Assembly: GCA_900617105.1 (NCBI GenBank)
Contig: UYFQ01000001.1
Coordinates: forward strand, 2,976,001-3,040,000
Origin: Hydrurus foetidus
Lineage: Eukaryota
Direction of reading: 5' to 3'
DNA: 64,000 bases
Under the pieces are notes generated by a model. The model did not search any database. It was not told the origin of the DNA and worked only from the letters and a program-made list of their open reading frames with translations. The position numbers were made by a program, and so were the translations under genes. This document shows positions 28,210 through 38,851 of the stretch, piece by piece; position 1 is the stretch's first letter; each line of letters opens with the position of its first letter.

Positions 28210-28275
28210 TTTTTAACCCTCTTTTAGCCATCTAGCCCAATAAATACGGGCGCGAGCAGCTATAACACTTATAGC
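28210..28275 (-). repeat. Dispersed repeat, copy 8
   Basis: Plus strand: TCTAGCCCAATAAATACGGGCGCGAGCAGCTATAACACTTATAGC. Confidence 0.85.
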
Positions 28276-28296
28276 GACAGGTTTGCGCCAAATTCA

Positions 28297-29049
28297 ATGC
28301 CCCGCTTTTTTACCCCCCAACTTTTAACGCCAGGCTGCACGATTGAGCTGGAGGCCTCTAGCGCCCGCCACGTGCAGGTGCTTCGCCTGCAGCCGGGAGA
28401 TGCGCTAACGCTGTTCAACGGCTTGGGCGGCGGCGCCAGCGAAGAAGGTGAATTCAGCGCGGTGGTGCATGCGATGGGCCGCAGCAATGTCAGCGTGGTG
28501 GTGGGCGGCTTTGTAAAAACGCACACTGAGGCGGCTCGGCTGGTGCACCTGGCTGTGGGCATGCCCGCCAACGACCGCATGGACTGGCTGGTTGAAAAAG
28601 CCACTGAGCTGGGTGTAACCAGCATTGCGCCACTCATGACTGAGCGAAGCGTGCTGCGCCTTTCCGGTGAGCGGCTTGAGAAAAAACTACTTCACTGGCG
28701 CGCTGTGGCCACGGCTGCCTGCGAGCAGTGCGGGCGCAGCCGCGTACCGCGGATTCATGCGCCGACCAGCTTGAGCGCGTATTTAAAAACCTTGAGCAAC
28801 CACCCACCAGCCGCACGCCACGCTCGCTTGCTTTTGTCGCTGCAAGCGGGCACGCAAGTACTGCCGCAGCTGGCGGCCACCAACGACGCATTTACATTGC
28901 TCAGCGGCCCCGAAGGCGGCTTAAGCGCTGCTGAAGAAGCCGCTGCGCAGGCGGCGGGCTTTGCGCCGATGACGTTGGGCGCGCGCGTGTTACGGTCTGA
29001 AACCGCGCCGCTGGCGGCACTGGCTTACTTGCAATTGTTGCCGCGCTGA
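28297..29049 (+). CDS. rsmE: 16S rRNA m3U1498 methyltransferase
   Basis: HVQVLRL, EKATELGV, ACEQCGR, GPEGG, LGARVLRSETA. Confidence 0.95.
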   Translation: MPRFFTPQLLTPGCTIELEASSARHVQVLRLQPGDALTLFNGLGGGASEEGEFSAVVHAMGRSNVSVVVGGFVKTHTEAARLVHLAVGMPANDRMDWLVEKATELGVTSIAPLMTERSVLRLSGERLEKKLLHWRAVATAACEQCGRSRVPRIHAPTSLSAYLKTLSNHPPAARHARLLLSLQAGTQVLPQLAATNDAFTLLSGPEGGLSAAEEAAAQAAGFAPMTLGARVLRSETAPLAALAYLQLLPR

Positions 29050-29273
29050 CACTACAGCCGCACGGCTGGCTCGCCAGTAAACGCAGCGTAAAGCAGGTTG
29101 ACGCAAAGCCGCAGTTTTTGCTTTTTGTGACGGGGCTTGTCCTACCCAAAACACCTCGCACCGGGGTTAAGGTTGAGTCAGCTGGCAATTCCGCCGGCCC
29201 ATTGGCTCAACTTTGGGTCACCCAAGCATGCCGTTTCATTGAAGTTTGCGGCATATTCATGAGGAGTTTCATC

Positions 29274-29534
29274 ATGCATATTTCTAAAATTCTGACCACC
29301 ACTGTCGCTGCCGCTGCCATGGCTGGCGCACTGACCATGGCTTACGCACAGTCGACTGCACCGGCCGAAGCCCCGCCGAGCCCAGCAGCCCCGGCCGTGC
29401 AAAACCAGCCCGCCACGCCAGCTGCGCCTGACGCCACCATGCAAACGCCAAGTGCAGCGCCCAGCACAACGCCGATGCCAGCTGAAACAACCCAGTTTCA
29501 GGGCGAGCGCCCAGCCCAGGCTGACCGCAATTAG
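29274..29534 (+). CDS. Small secreted Pro/Ala-rich protein
   Basis: GAGGAG RBS; signal peptide ending AYA-Q; C-terminus ERPAQADRN. Confidence 0.7.
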   Translation: MHISKILTTTVAAAAMAGALTMAYAQSTAPAEAPPSPAAPAVQNQPATPAAPDATMQTPSAAPSTTPMPAETTQFQGERPAQADRN

Positions 29535-29560
29535 AGCGGTTTAACCAGCCGCTTGAAGCC

Positions 29561-30316
29561 GTGACGAGCACCCCCCAAGCAACCGAGCCGCGCCGGAGCG
29601 GGGCCGAATTGTTATGCGCCTTGAAACAAGGTGCTTTGATTGGGGTGGGCGTTGCGGCACTGGCGATTCCGCTGTGGGCGACCTTGCGGCCAGCCCCGCA
29701 GCCACGGCTGGCGAGCCCACCGCCACTGGCTGCAGTCGCTAACGCGCCGCGAGCTGCGGTTGATTTTGGCGCTGAAGACGCGTCGCCAGACGTGCGGCAC
29801 ATGGCCAATTGGGTAGTGAGTTCGCGCGACAACCAGGCCATGTTTTTTGTCATTCTTGACAAGCTCAACACTAAAGTTTTTGTATTCGATGCGGCGGGCG
29901 CTTTGCGCGGTGCCAGCCCGGTATTGATTGGCGCGGCCAAGGGCGATGATTCTGTGCCCGACATTGGCAGCAAACCCATCAGCAGCGTACAAGAGCACGA
30001 ACGCACCACACCGGCGGGCCGATTTGTCGGCGAGCCAGGCCGCAACACAAACGGCGAAGACATTGTGTGGGTGGACTACGCAGCGGCAGTGTCTATGCAC
30101 CGCGTGCGCACCAACGAAAAGGCCGAGCGCCGTTTGCAGCGGCTGGCCAGCCCTGGCGTTGAAGACAACCGCATTTCTTATGGCTGCGTGAATTTGCCCG
30201 TTGCTTTCTTTGAGCGTGTGCTGCAGCCCGCATTTGACCAGCGCCGTGGGGTAATTTATGTCTTGCCAGAAGTCAAATCTGCGCGCGAGGTTTTCAAAGC
30301 CGCTTACGCTGCCTAG
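29561..30316 (+). CDS. L,D-transpeptidase-like protein
   Basis: TTPAGRF, SMHRV, RISYGCVN (His/Cys catalytic pattern). Confidence 0.7.
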   Translation: MTSTPQATEPRRSGAELLCALKQGALIGVGVAALAIPLWATLRPAPQPRLASPPPLAAVANAPRAAVDFGAEDASPDVRHMANWVVSSRDNQAMFFVILDKLNTKVFVFDAAGALRGASPVLIGAAKGDDSVPDIGSKPISSVQEHERTTPAGRFVGEPGRNTNGEDIVWVDYAAAVSMHRVRTNEKAERRLQRLASPGVEDNRISYGCVNLPVAFFERVLQPAFDQRRGVIYVLPEVKSAREVFKAAYAA

Positions 30317-30577
30317 CTGAGGCGAGCGGTTTCAGTTGGCTTGGATTGGCTTGATTTGGCGTGGCTTGGCCGCGATGTGCATCACCGCACAACCGTTGGT
30401 TAAAGCGCAACGGCAGAAGTAACAGTCGAGCGGCCCGGTTGTTAAAAAGCGTAGATGACACTAGCATTTGTACATTGGCGTGTGTAGTTGTGTTTTTGCA
30501 GTTGGGCGCGTTAACTTTCCGCACACGCCTGGTGCGGCATTTGAACGCTTTGCGATCTACCCGCCCACTGCACGCCT

Positions 30578-31228
30578 GTGAAAACTTTTACCGACAGAAA
30601 ACTTCCTGCTCTATTTCGGCTACTGGCTGCGCTGACGGTTTTCGTCCTGGGCGCAGCACCAGCTTTGGCGCAAAACGTTAACTTGCAGTGGCTGACCGCC
30701 TCGCGCGATGTGCAGTTTGCCCTCAGCGACGTGATGAAAACCCAAGACCATCGCAGCCTGCCGTTTGCCATCGTTGATAAAAAAGGCGCGCAGCTTTTTG
30801 TGTTTGACGGTGCGGGCATTTTGCAGGGAGCCGCGCCGGCACTGCTGGGCCTGGCGCCGGGTGATGTTGAACTTGCCCAACCCGCAGGCGCGACGAATGC
30901 AAGCTTGAGCCCCGCAAGGCGCACCACGCCCGCCGGGCGGTTTGTGTCGGAGCCGGGCCGCAACTTGTCGGGTGAAGCCATCGTGTGGGTCGACTACGCA
31001 GCGCGCCTGGCCATACACCGCTTGCGGCCTGCCCCCGCGCACGAACGGCGCGCCGAACGCTTGGCTTCTAGCTCGCCAGACGACAACCGCATCACGCTAG
31101 GCTGCGTGGTGGTGGAGTCGCAGTTTTACGACGCGGTAGTAGCGCCTGTTTTAGGCAAAGGCTACGGCGTGGTGTACGTGCTGCCTGAAAACGATGCGCT
31201 GAAGCAGCTGCACGCCGTTGCACACTGA
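30578..31228 (+). CDS. L,D-transpeptidase-like protein (paralog)
   Basis: TTPAGRF, AIHRL, RITLGCVV; signal peptide. Confidence 0.7.
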   Translation: MKTFTDRKLPALFRLLAALTVFVLGAAPALAQNVNLQWLTASRDVQFALSDVMKTQDHRSLPFAIVDKKGAQLFVFDGAGILQGAAPALLGLAPGDVELAQPAGATNASLSPARRTTPAGRFVSEPGRNLSGEAIVWVDYAARLAIHRLRPAPAHERRAERLASSSPDDNRITLGCVVVESQFYDAVVAPVLGKGYGVVYVLPENDALKQLHAVAH

Positions 31229-31291
31229 ACGCTTGACGCTTGACGGCCGCCCCCCCTTTAGCGGCGGCAAGCTAAGCCGATAATCCACGCC

Positions 31292-32482
31292 ATGAATCGC
31301 AATTTATGGCTACTGGTCGTTTGCCAAGGCCTGTTTTTAACCAACAACGTCACCTTCATTGCCATTAACGGGCTGGTGGGTTTAAACCTGGCGCCTTTTG
31401 GCTGGATGGCAACGCTGCCCATCATGGGCTATGTGGTGGGCGGGGCGCTGTCGACCATGCTGGTGACGCACACCCAAACCCGCTTTGGCCGCCGAACGTC
31501 GTTTCAAATGGGGCTGGCGGTTGCCGTGCTGTCGGCGCTGGCCTGCTACTACGCGGCTTACAGCAAAAACTTTTGGCTGCTGGTGGGCGCCACACTGGTG
31601 GCAGGCTACTATAGCGCCAACGCCCACTTGTACCGCTTTGCCGCTGCCGAGCTGGCCGACGTGTCGTTTAAAGAAAAAGCGATTTCTTATGTGATGGCGG
31701 GCGGCCTGATTGGCGCAGTGCTGGGGCCCAACCTGGCGTCGCGTACCCGCAGCCTGACCGACGTGCCCTTTGCGGGTGCCTACCTCGCGCTGGCGGTGGT
31801 GGCGCTGCTGGCGATGGCGCTGATGGCGTTTATTAACTTTCCGGACGCCCAGCTGTCGACTGGCGCTGCTACAGACGGCCAGCGCGCCAACACCGGTCGA
31901 CCGCTGCTTGAGATCATGCGACAGCCGGTGTTCATCATTGCGGCGAGTGCAGGGGCGCTGGGCTACGGCGTGATGAACCTGCTGATGTCGGCCACGCCGA
32001 TTGCTATGCAAATTTGCGGACTGCCGTTTTCAAGCGTGGCCTGGGTGCTGGAATGGCACGTGATTGGCATGTTTGCACCCGGCTTTTTTACCGGGCATTT
32101 GATCAAACGCTTCGGGGCGCTGCCCATGATGGCGATTGGGTTGGGGCTCAATGTGCTGTGCATTGCGATTGCGTTAAGCGGTATTGCTTTTGAGCAATTT
32201 CTGGCCACGCTGTTTTTACTCGGGCTGGGCTGGAATTTTCTGTTCACCGGGGCAACCACACTGGCGCTAACGGCTTACCGGCCGGAAGAAAAAGACAAGG
32301 CACAGGGCGCGTTGAATTTTTGCGTGTTTGCGGTGCTGGCGCTGTCGTCTTTTGCATCGGGCGTGCTGGTCACCACCCAGGGCTGGACGCTGCTGAACCT
32401 GGGCGCATTGCTGCCCATGAGCGTGGTGGCCGTGATGCTGGGTTGGCTAGCCAAACGGACACGTCTTCAACCCATCAGTTAA
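31292..32482 (+). CDS. MFS transporter
   Basis: About 12 hydrophobic segments; RFGRR and GHLIKRFG loops. Confidence 0.9.
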   Translation: MNRNLWLLVVCQGLFLTNNVTFIAINGLVGLNLAPFGWMATLPIMGYVVGGALSTMLVTHTQTRFGRRTSFQMGLAVAVLSALACYYAAYSKNFWLLVGATLVAGYYSANAHLYRFAAAELADVSFKEKAISYVMAGGLIGAVLGPNLASRTRSLTDVPFAGAYLALAVVALLAMALMAFINFPDAQLSTGAATDGQRANTGRPLLEIMRQPVFIIAASAGALGYGVMNLLMSATPIAMQICGLPFSSVAWVLEWHVIGMFAPGFFTGHLIKRFGALPMMAIGLGLNVLCIAIALSGIAFEQFLATLFLLGLGWNFLFTGATTLALTAYRPEEKDKAQGALNFCVFAVLALSSFASGVLVTTQGWTLLNLGALLPMSVVAVMLGWLAKRTRLQPIS

Positions 32483-32545
32483 TGCGTGTTTGATGCGCTT
32501 TTCGAGTACAGTCGGATGGTTTTTTCACTACTTTAGGGGTACATC

Positions 32546-33028
32546 ATGGGTCTACTTGATTCGGTTTTGGGTTCGGTGATGGGTGGCCAACAACAACCCG
32601 GCGCAGTTGCCGGTGGTGGTGCTGCCATGGGTGGTTTGGGCGGCTTGATCGGCATGGTGGCCAGCAACCCGCAAATGCTGCAAGTCATTACCGGCATGCT
32701 CAGCAATGACGGTGGGCAAGGCGGTTTGGGCGGCCTGATGGCCAAGTTTCAACAGGCCGGGCTGGGCGACGCGGCTAAATCATGGGTCGGCAGTGGCGAC
32801 AACCACGCCGTGACTGGCGACCAAATGACCAGCGCCTTGGGCGAAGGCACGATAGCTGACCTGTCCGCCAAAATGGGCATGAGCCAAGGCGACGCGGCAG
32901 GCTCACTGGCAACCATGCTGCCAGGCCTGATTGACAAGCTCACACCGCACGGCGCCGCGCCTGAAGGCGGCCTCGGCAATTCGGGTGACTTGATGGGGAT
33001 GCTGGGCGGACTGTTGCAAAAGCGATAG
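32546..33028 (+). CDS. YidB (DUF937) family protein
   Basis: MGLLDS...GGLGGL..KFQQAGLG..AKSWVG...LPGLIDKLTP.G. Confidence 0.85.
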   Translation: MGLLDSVLGSVMGGQQQPGAVAGGGAAMGGLGGLIGMVASNPQMLQVITGMLSNDGGQGGLGGLMAKFQQAGLGDAAKSWVGSGDNHAVTGDQMTSALGEGTIADLSAKMGMSQGDAAGSLATMLPGLIDKLTPHGAAPEGGLGNSGDLMGMLGGLLQKR

Positions 33029-33123
33029 ATTTAAAGCGCCGCGAGCGTGGTGACACTGGTAAATTGCGGGTGCTCCAAATGGCGTCAAACCGTGCAGAGT
33101 GACGCTGCGGTCGCGTAATTTTT

Positions 33124-33189
33124 GCTATTAATTATGTAGCTGCTCGCGCCCTAATTTATTTGGCAAAAGTCGTTTTTAATCCTGAAAAA
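33124..33189 (+). repeat. Dispersed repeat, copy 9
   Basis: GCTATTAATTATGTAGCTGCTCGCGCCCTAATTTATTTGGCAAAAG. Confidence 0.8.
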
Positions 33190-33194
33190 TAGCT

Positions 33195-34202
33195 TCAATC
33201 GGGTTTTATTCTGGCTCTGGTCACCACTACTTTCCATCTTGCCTGTTCGGCGTTGATGAAGGCGGCGTACTGCGCGGGCGAGTCGCCAATAGGCTGGGCA
33301 GTATCGCCGCGCAAGCGCTCTGTGGCGAGCGGGTTTTTCATCGCCAATGCGGTCGCGGCGGCTATTTTGTCCACCGCCACTTGAGGCATGCTGACGGGCG
33401 CGTTCAGGCCGTACCACTGTGTCATTTCAAAGCCCGGAAAACCACTTTCCGCCACGGTGGGCACATCGGGCAACTGAGTCAATCGCTCTTTGGTGCCAGT
33501 GGCAATGCAGCGCAATTTGCCTGATTTAATGTGCGCCAGAATCGCCGGGGCGCCCACGCTGGCGGCGTCCAGTCGGCCAGCCAGCAGGTCGGTCAGTTGC
33601 GGCCCAGTGCCACGGTAAGGCACATGCAGCACAAACGTACCGGACACCATTTTCAAGTACTCAAAAGCCAAGTGACCAGCGCTACCGTTGCCTGCTGAGC
33701 CGTAGTTCAAACTGCCCGGCTTTGTTTTTGCCAAAGCAATAAATTCCTTTAGATTTTTAGCAGGCAGATCAGCGTGAACGACATACAAGCTGGGCACTTT
33801 GGCCAGCAACGAAATTGGCCTGAAGTCCTTGTTTGTGTCGAACGGCAGTTTGTCGAAAATAAACGGGTTGACGGCAAACGTGCCGATGTGGCCCAAAATC
33901 AGCGTGTGGCCGTCGGTGCTTTGCGCGCATTCTTGCATTGCAATGTTTCCGCTGGCGCCGGGCTTGTTCTCGACAAACACGGTTTGCCCCAGGCTCTTAC
34001 TGAGTTCACTAGCAGCTGACCGGGCAACAATTTCAGAGCTGCCACCCGGCGCAAACGGCACCAGCAGCCGAATCGGCTTGCTGGGCCACGCTGCCTGCGC
34101 AAACGCAGGGCAGACACAGGCTGCGGCAACTGCGCTGCCTACCTGCAAGGCGCGCCGCCGACTGGTGCTAAATTGAAATGAAGTGGCGGGGTGGGTGTGC
34201 AT
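33195..34202 (-). CDS. Bug/TctC substrate-binding protein
   Basis: PFAPGGSSE, ENKPGASG, HVPYRG; RR-containing signal region. Confidence 0.95.
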   Translation of the reverse strand: MHTHPATSFQFSTSRRRALQVGSAVAAACVCPAFAQAAWPSKPIRLLVPFAPGGSSEIVARSAASELSKSLGQTVFVENKPGASGNIAMQECAQSTDGHTLILGHIGTFAVNPFIFDKLPFDTNKDFRPISLLAKVPSLYVVHADLPAKNLKEFIALAKTKPGSLNYGSAGNGSAGHLAFEYLKMVSGTFVLHVPYRGTGPQLTDLLAGRLDAASVGAPAILAHIKSGKLRCIATGTKERLTQLPDVPTVAESGFPGFEMTQWYGLNAPVSMPQVAVDKIAAATALAMKNPLATERLRGDTAQPIGDSPAQYAAFINAEQARWKVVVTRARIKPD

Positions 34203-34324
34203 GGGGTGGCTCCGTTGTCACCGCCATGCTAGCTCATCAGCGCTGCAGATAAGCTCCCCGAAACAGCCTACGCCGGTGTACCCCAGCCTGTGCCCGCCTA
34301 AAACGATGAAGGCAGGCGAGCCGC

Positions 34325-35445
34325 TTATTTCTTGGTGCCTGTCAGCAGCACTTCAACTCGGCGGTTAGGCAGCAAACACTCTTGCAGTTCAGCGTTGTTT
34401 TTAAACTTGGCTTGGGTGCAGGCGTCGATTTGCGCATCGTCTGCTTTGTAGCTCGTGCTAATCAGATTCGCCGGAATACCAGCAGCAACCATGTAGGCCT
34501 TGACGGCGGCTACGCGGTCTTCACTTAGCTTGGCGTTGTAGTTTTTGTCACCCGTGCTGTTTAAGCGGTCGGCGTGGCCTGTCAGCGCAATGCCGGTTGC
34601 CACTACAGCGCCAGACTTGACCTGTACGATCAGCGAGTCAAGCTGGTCTTTGCTGTAGCTGCGTGTCTCAGCCATGACTCGCTTGTCAAAGTTAAACAGC
34701 ACGTTAGCGGCCAAATTGGCCGGCACTGGAGCCACAACAGCACGCGGGGCCACTGCCATCGGCGGCGGCGGTGGCACACACGCGTCAGCAGCTTTTTGCG
34801 CGTCGCCTATCAAGTCCTCGGCAATTTGAATGTACGGCTTGGCGTGACGCCATTCTTGCTGGGCGAACTCGTTTCCAGCGTGCACCAGTTCCACTTCTGC
34901 GCAGGCGGTTTTCTGTTCTGCACAGCGCCAGCCTGCATGTCCTTTGAGTTTTTCTGCAGCGTCCCACAAATCTTGACGCAGCTTGGTCGCATTGTTGACG
35001 AGCGGCGTTTGCAGCGCGGGGTTCTTGGCGTCAGCAACTGTGCCGCCCTTGCCTAAAAACTCGGTGATTTTGAAAGACTCATCAAACGCTGCGGCAGGAA
35101 AATTGCTGCGGTCGTTGCGGCTGTACTCATGCAGGCTGACGTCGAGCCAGCACTGCGCTTTGGCCAGGCTGTAGCTGGCCACACGATGCTTGCCCGAGTC
35201 GTTGACGGCTTTGATTCGCCCCTGCTGGGCGGCGTAGTTGCCGTAATCTGCATGAATAGCCTCGGCTGTAATCGACCGCCTGGCCGCGGGCGCGGCAGAG
35301 GCATTGGTTGGCTGGCCTGCGGGGTGCTGCAACCACCTAGAAGTACCGCCAATGCGGCAGCTACAGCGGTTGCGCCCGTGGAGACGGAGTTGAGGTTCAG
35401 ACGGTTCGTCCTGCCTTGGTATCTTTTAAAAATGGGCACAGTCAA
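34325..35445 (-). CDS. OmpA-domain lipoprotein, apparent frameshift at 35321-35324
   Basis: Lipobox LLGGC-ST is in one frame; the body with VLFNFDK, GHADR, LSEDR, NRRVEV is in another. One extra base in the G4 run joins them. Confidence 0.8.
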
Positions 35446-35470
35446 TAGGGCTGCTTATTGGCGCCAAAAC

Positions 35471-38400
35471 TTAGCGGTTAAGGACGCGGTTGACATCGGT
35501 GTCTTTGCCCTTGAGCACTTCACCATCAAATTTGTAGCGCAGCCGCACATACACGCCGCGATTGGTGTAGTCGGAGCCGGTCAACTCACGGTCACTGAAG
35601 CCGCGCCAGTTAACACCCAGCGACAGCCACAAGTTGGTTTGAACCAGGTAACCCACTTCAGCGCCTTGCGCCCATTGCTTGGACGAACCCTGCGGGCTGT
35701 AAATTAAGCTGGTCATGACGCCAACATCCCACTTTTCAGTAACTTCGTAAGTCGCCCGGCCACCCAACAGGTAAGCACTGTAGTCTTGCTGACCAGCCGG
35801 CAACGTTTTGTCGGTTGTCATTTTGGCCGCTGCTCGGCCGTTAAACCACCACGGACGGGTGGGGTGGTAGTCGCCATGCAAACTGACGATGTGAGCGCGA
35901 TAGTTGTCACCCGGCACCGCTGAGTTTGTAGCTGCGTCACGCACGGTTTTGAACTCGTAGCGCGCAAGTGCGTTCCAGCGGTTGTGGTCGACGGGACGCC
36001 ATGCGGCACCAACTTGAAAGCGGTCTTCCAGCCGCGTACCGGCCGAATGGTTGTTTTGATACAGCAAATAATTGCGCGCCAACAAGGTCCAGTCGCGGTC
36101 AATTTTGCGCGCCAGGCTGACTGTGCTCAGGTACTGGTCCTGGGTGTCATCCACAACAGTGGCTTTGTTATTGAATACGCGGCGGTATTCAAGCCGCGCG
36201 CTGGTGCGCCACAGTGGGTCTACGCTGTAGTCGATGCCGCCGTTGATCGCGAAGGCATCGCGGTTGATGCCGCTGAGTATGCGCAGGTATTCCGCACCCG
36301 CCGTGTAAGTAACGCCGGGCGCGTAGTTCCACGTGTTGCGAACGCCGCTGCCCAGTTGCATGTCGCGAGCCAAAGCAGTGTCACTGCTAAGGGAGTCGCG
36401 CATGCGGAACTCGCTGTACACGGTGGGCCCCGATGCAAAGGTATTGTCGATACCGGCAACAAAGCTGTTAGCACGGTCTGACGGGTTCAGCGACGAGGCC
36501 GAGCTGAAGCCGGTACGCTGCTCATAGCGGGCATACAAGCGGCTGCGCTCATTGATTTGATAGTTGGCGCCTGCGCCCCAGCGGTTTTGACCGTTGGTGC
36601 CAGCTTCTATTTCGCCAGCCAATGTCCACTGGTCGGTAACGAGATAATCAGCCGCCAGGCGCAAGCTGGTTGAGCTCAAGCTGGCAGGATTCAGTCCGTC
36701 CACGGCAGCCGAGTTTTTTGTGGCACCGCCCAATATCGCAGTGCCTGTGCTCGGATTAATCGCGTTGGCCCCGAGTCCAAAAAAACCACCGCCCAAGGTG
36801 CTGTTGTTGGAAATAGTCGACTCGCCGGTAAAGCCTGCGTCTTCACGCGTCTGGCGGATGGACATGTCCAGCTTTAAACGGTCAGTGGCCAGCCAGGTAG
36901 CGCCCATTGCCAACGACTCGCGCGATGGCTCTTTGACAACAGAGCGGTCTTTGCTTTGGCGGGCCAGAGCGTAAATCGACAAGTCCGCGCGCAGCGCGTA
37001 GCGGCCTGACAAGCCAGCTTCTTCGCGCCCTTCGCTGACCGAAGCGGCGCTGTTGAAAAAGTTGCGATCAGCGCGTGAGTACCAACCGCGAGTGTCGACT
37101 TCGCCAATTCTGTAGTTGGCCTCAATGCGAAGCGCGTTACCACTGCGATCTTCGCGTACTTCACCGGCTGCGCCCGATACCGTTTGCGTGCTCAAGCTGC
37201 CAACGGTATAGCGGGTAGATTTAGCATTGGCTACCTCAACAACGACTGCGCCGGTGTTGGTCAGGCTGCCAATCGTGCCCAGCCGCAATGTGGCGTTCAC
37301 ACTGTTCAAGCTGTAAGGCGATGCCGGGTTTTGGTCTTTGACGATGCTGCCGCCGACCTCAACTCGATCACCCAAGCGAGCCTGGCCATCCACGCCGTAC
37401 GTTATGAAGCTGGGGCCGCCTTGCTCGACTTCATAGGTGATGCGAATGCTGACCGGGTCGCCATTGATGTCCAGGCTGGGTACCGGGCTTTTGAACAAAA
37501 TACGGCCAGAAAACGGCTCGAAAGAATAGTCAACCAAGCGCTGCATAAGCTGAACTGTTTTGACCAGCCCGATTGCATTTTTGTCTCGCGTGACGATCTC
37601 AACTTTTTCTGAATTCGCCAAGCCTGCGTTGCTGGCAACGCTGAATGGCCCAGATGTGCCATTGCCGCGGTATTCCTCAATAAGTTGTTTGAGGTTGTCT
37701 GAAAAAGCGAACCCGTTGACGAAGTAACCCGGTTGCTCGTAATGACCGCGCAGACCAGTTGCGCTGCGACTGTAAGCGCCAAGGTCTCGCGTTTTCGCGC
37801 CGGCTACAACGCCGCCGCCAGTCAGCTGGCTAAAGCCGTCACCAGTTGAAAAGTCGCCCCACAACGCATAGCTTTTGCCGGAGTCAAGCCGGATGTACAT
37901 GCGGCTGCGGCTGCGTGCATCAAACCCGGTAACTGCCGAATCGCCGTACACGGGGTAAAAGCGATTTGGGTCCACATCGCGCAGCAAGCGACTGTTGGTG
38001 TCTTTGTCTGAATCGGCCGCCATCGTCAGCAATAAATCGCCTTTGATCTTTCCTTTGATGAGAAACGCGGTGCGCACACCGGCGTTGCCTTTGCCATTGT
38101 TGAACTCGCGCGTCCAGCGGTTCAGCGCACGCTCAAAACCATCATCGATACGTACCGGAAATATCTCTGCGCTGGACTTGCGTTTGAAATTGATAATGCC
38201 TTCAATCAAGCCAGCAGCAACCATGTCCCGCAGCTCAGGCAGGTAAGACACCGTGCCTTGTGCAACCGCGATGCCGGCAGTGACTCGCATTTTTACATCG
38301 GTAGGTTCGGTCGGCGCAAGCAATTTGAACGTAGCCACGCCGTCGGTGACTTTGATTTGCACGCCAGGCGTGACTTTGTCGACGTCGCGTCGGCCAGGGC

Positions 38401-38839
38401 CTAGTTCGTCGGTTGACGCGCCAGGCGCCAAAATGCGGCCAGCACTGTGCTCAACGGTAATCAATGCATCGCCCTTGAGCGGCGCGCCGTTCTTGTCGAA
38501 CAGCCGGATGGTAATGTCATTTGTGCTTTGCCCATCAGCTGGCAAATCGTCTTTTTCGACTTCAACTGTGAGTTTGGCCACCTTGGCATTGACGCTGAAA
38601 TCAATGCCGCCAATGGCACCGCGAAGCACCGATGACGGCGTGGTTTGCTGCGAGTTCATCACACCAGGCATGGCGGGCTGAAAACTGGATGGCGGCGTTT
38701 GCCCATGCGCAAAACCCGCCAATGTGCCGCAAACCAATGCGCAAGCCGTAGTGATTGCTGAAAACCGGCGCTTGCTGAAAGTTGAAGAAGTCATATCGCT
38801 GGCCAAGTTGCGCGGGAGCGTCGTGGTTTGGGTGTTCAT
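35471..38839 (-). CDS. Large outer-membrane protein: Ig-like N-terminus plus probable beta-barrel
   Basis: Signal peptide; LPADGQST..ITIRLFDKNG (invasin-type Ig-like), DPNRFYPVYGDS, many amphipathic beta strands, terminal GVYVRLRYKF. Confidence 0.75.
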   Translation of the reverse strand: MNTQTTTLPRNLASDMTSSTFSKRRFSAITTACALVCGTLAGFAHGQTPPSSFQPAMPGVMNSQQTTPSSVLRGAIGGIDFSVNAKVAKLTVEVEKDDLPADGQSTNDITIRLFDKNGAPLKGDALITVEHSAGRILAPGASTDELGPGRRDVDKVTPGVQIKVTDGVATFKLLAPTEPTDVKMRVTAGIAVAQGTVSYLPELRDMVAAGLIEGIINFKRKSSAEIFPVRIDDGFERALNRWTREFNNGKGNAGVRTAFLIKGKIKGDLLLTMAADSDKDTNSRLLRDVDPNRFYPVYGDSAVTGFDARSRSRMYIRLDSGKSYALWGDFSTGDGFSQLTGGGVVAGAKTRDLGAYSRSATGLRGHYEQPGYFVNGFAFSDNLKQLIEEYRGNGTSGPFSVASNAGLANSEKVEIVTRDKNAIGLVKTVQLMQRLVDYSFEPFSGRILFKSPVPSLDINGDPVSIRITYEVEQGGPSFITYGVDGQARLGDRVEVGGSIVKDQNPASPYSLNSVNATLRLGTIGSLTNTGAVVVEVANAKSTRYTVGSLSTQTVSGAAGEVREDRSGNALRIEANYRIGEVDTRGWYSRADRNFFNSAASVSEGREEAGLSGRYALRADLSIYALARQSKDRSVVKEPSRESLAMGATWLATDRLKLDMSIRQTREDAGFTGESTISNNSTLGGGFFGLGANAINPSTGTAILGGATKNSAAVDGLNPASLSSTSLRLAADYLVTDQWTLAGEIEAGTNGQNRWGAGANYQINERSRLYARYEQRTGFSSASSLNPSDRANSFVAGIDNTFASGPTVYSEFRMRDSLSSDTALARDMQLGSGVRNTWNYAPGVTYTAGAEYLRILSGINRDAFAINGGIDYSVDPLWRTSARLEYRRVFNNKATVVDDTQDQYLSTVSLARKIDRDWTLLARNYLLYQNNHSAGTRLEDRFQVGAAWRPVDHNRWNALARYEFKTVRDAATNSAVPGDNYRAHIVSLHGDYHPTRPWWFNGRAAAKMTTDKTLPAGQQDYSAYLLGGRATYEVTEKWDVGVMTSLIYSPQGSSKQWAQGAEVGYLVQTNLWLSLGVNWRGFSDRELTGSDYTNRGVYVRLRYKFDGEVLKGKDTDVNRVLNR

Positions 38840-38851
38840 TTCACGTGCTCC

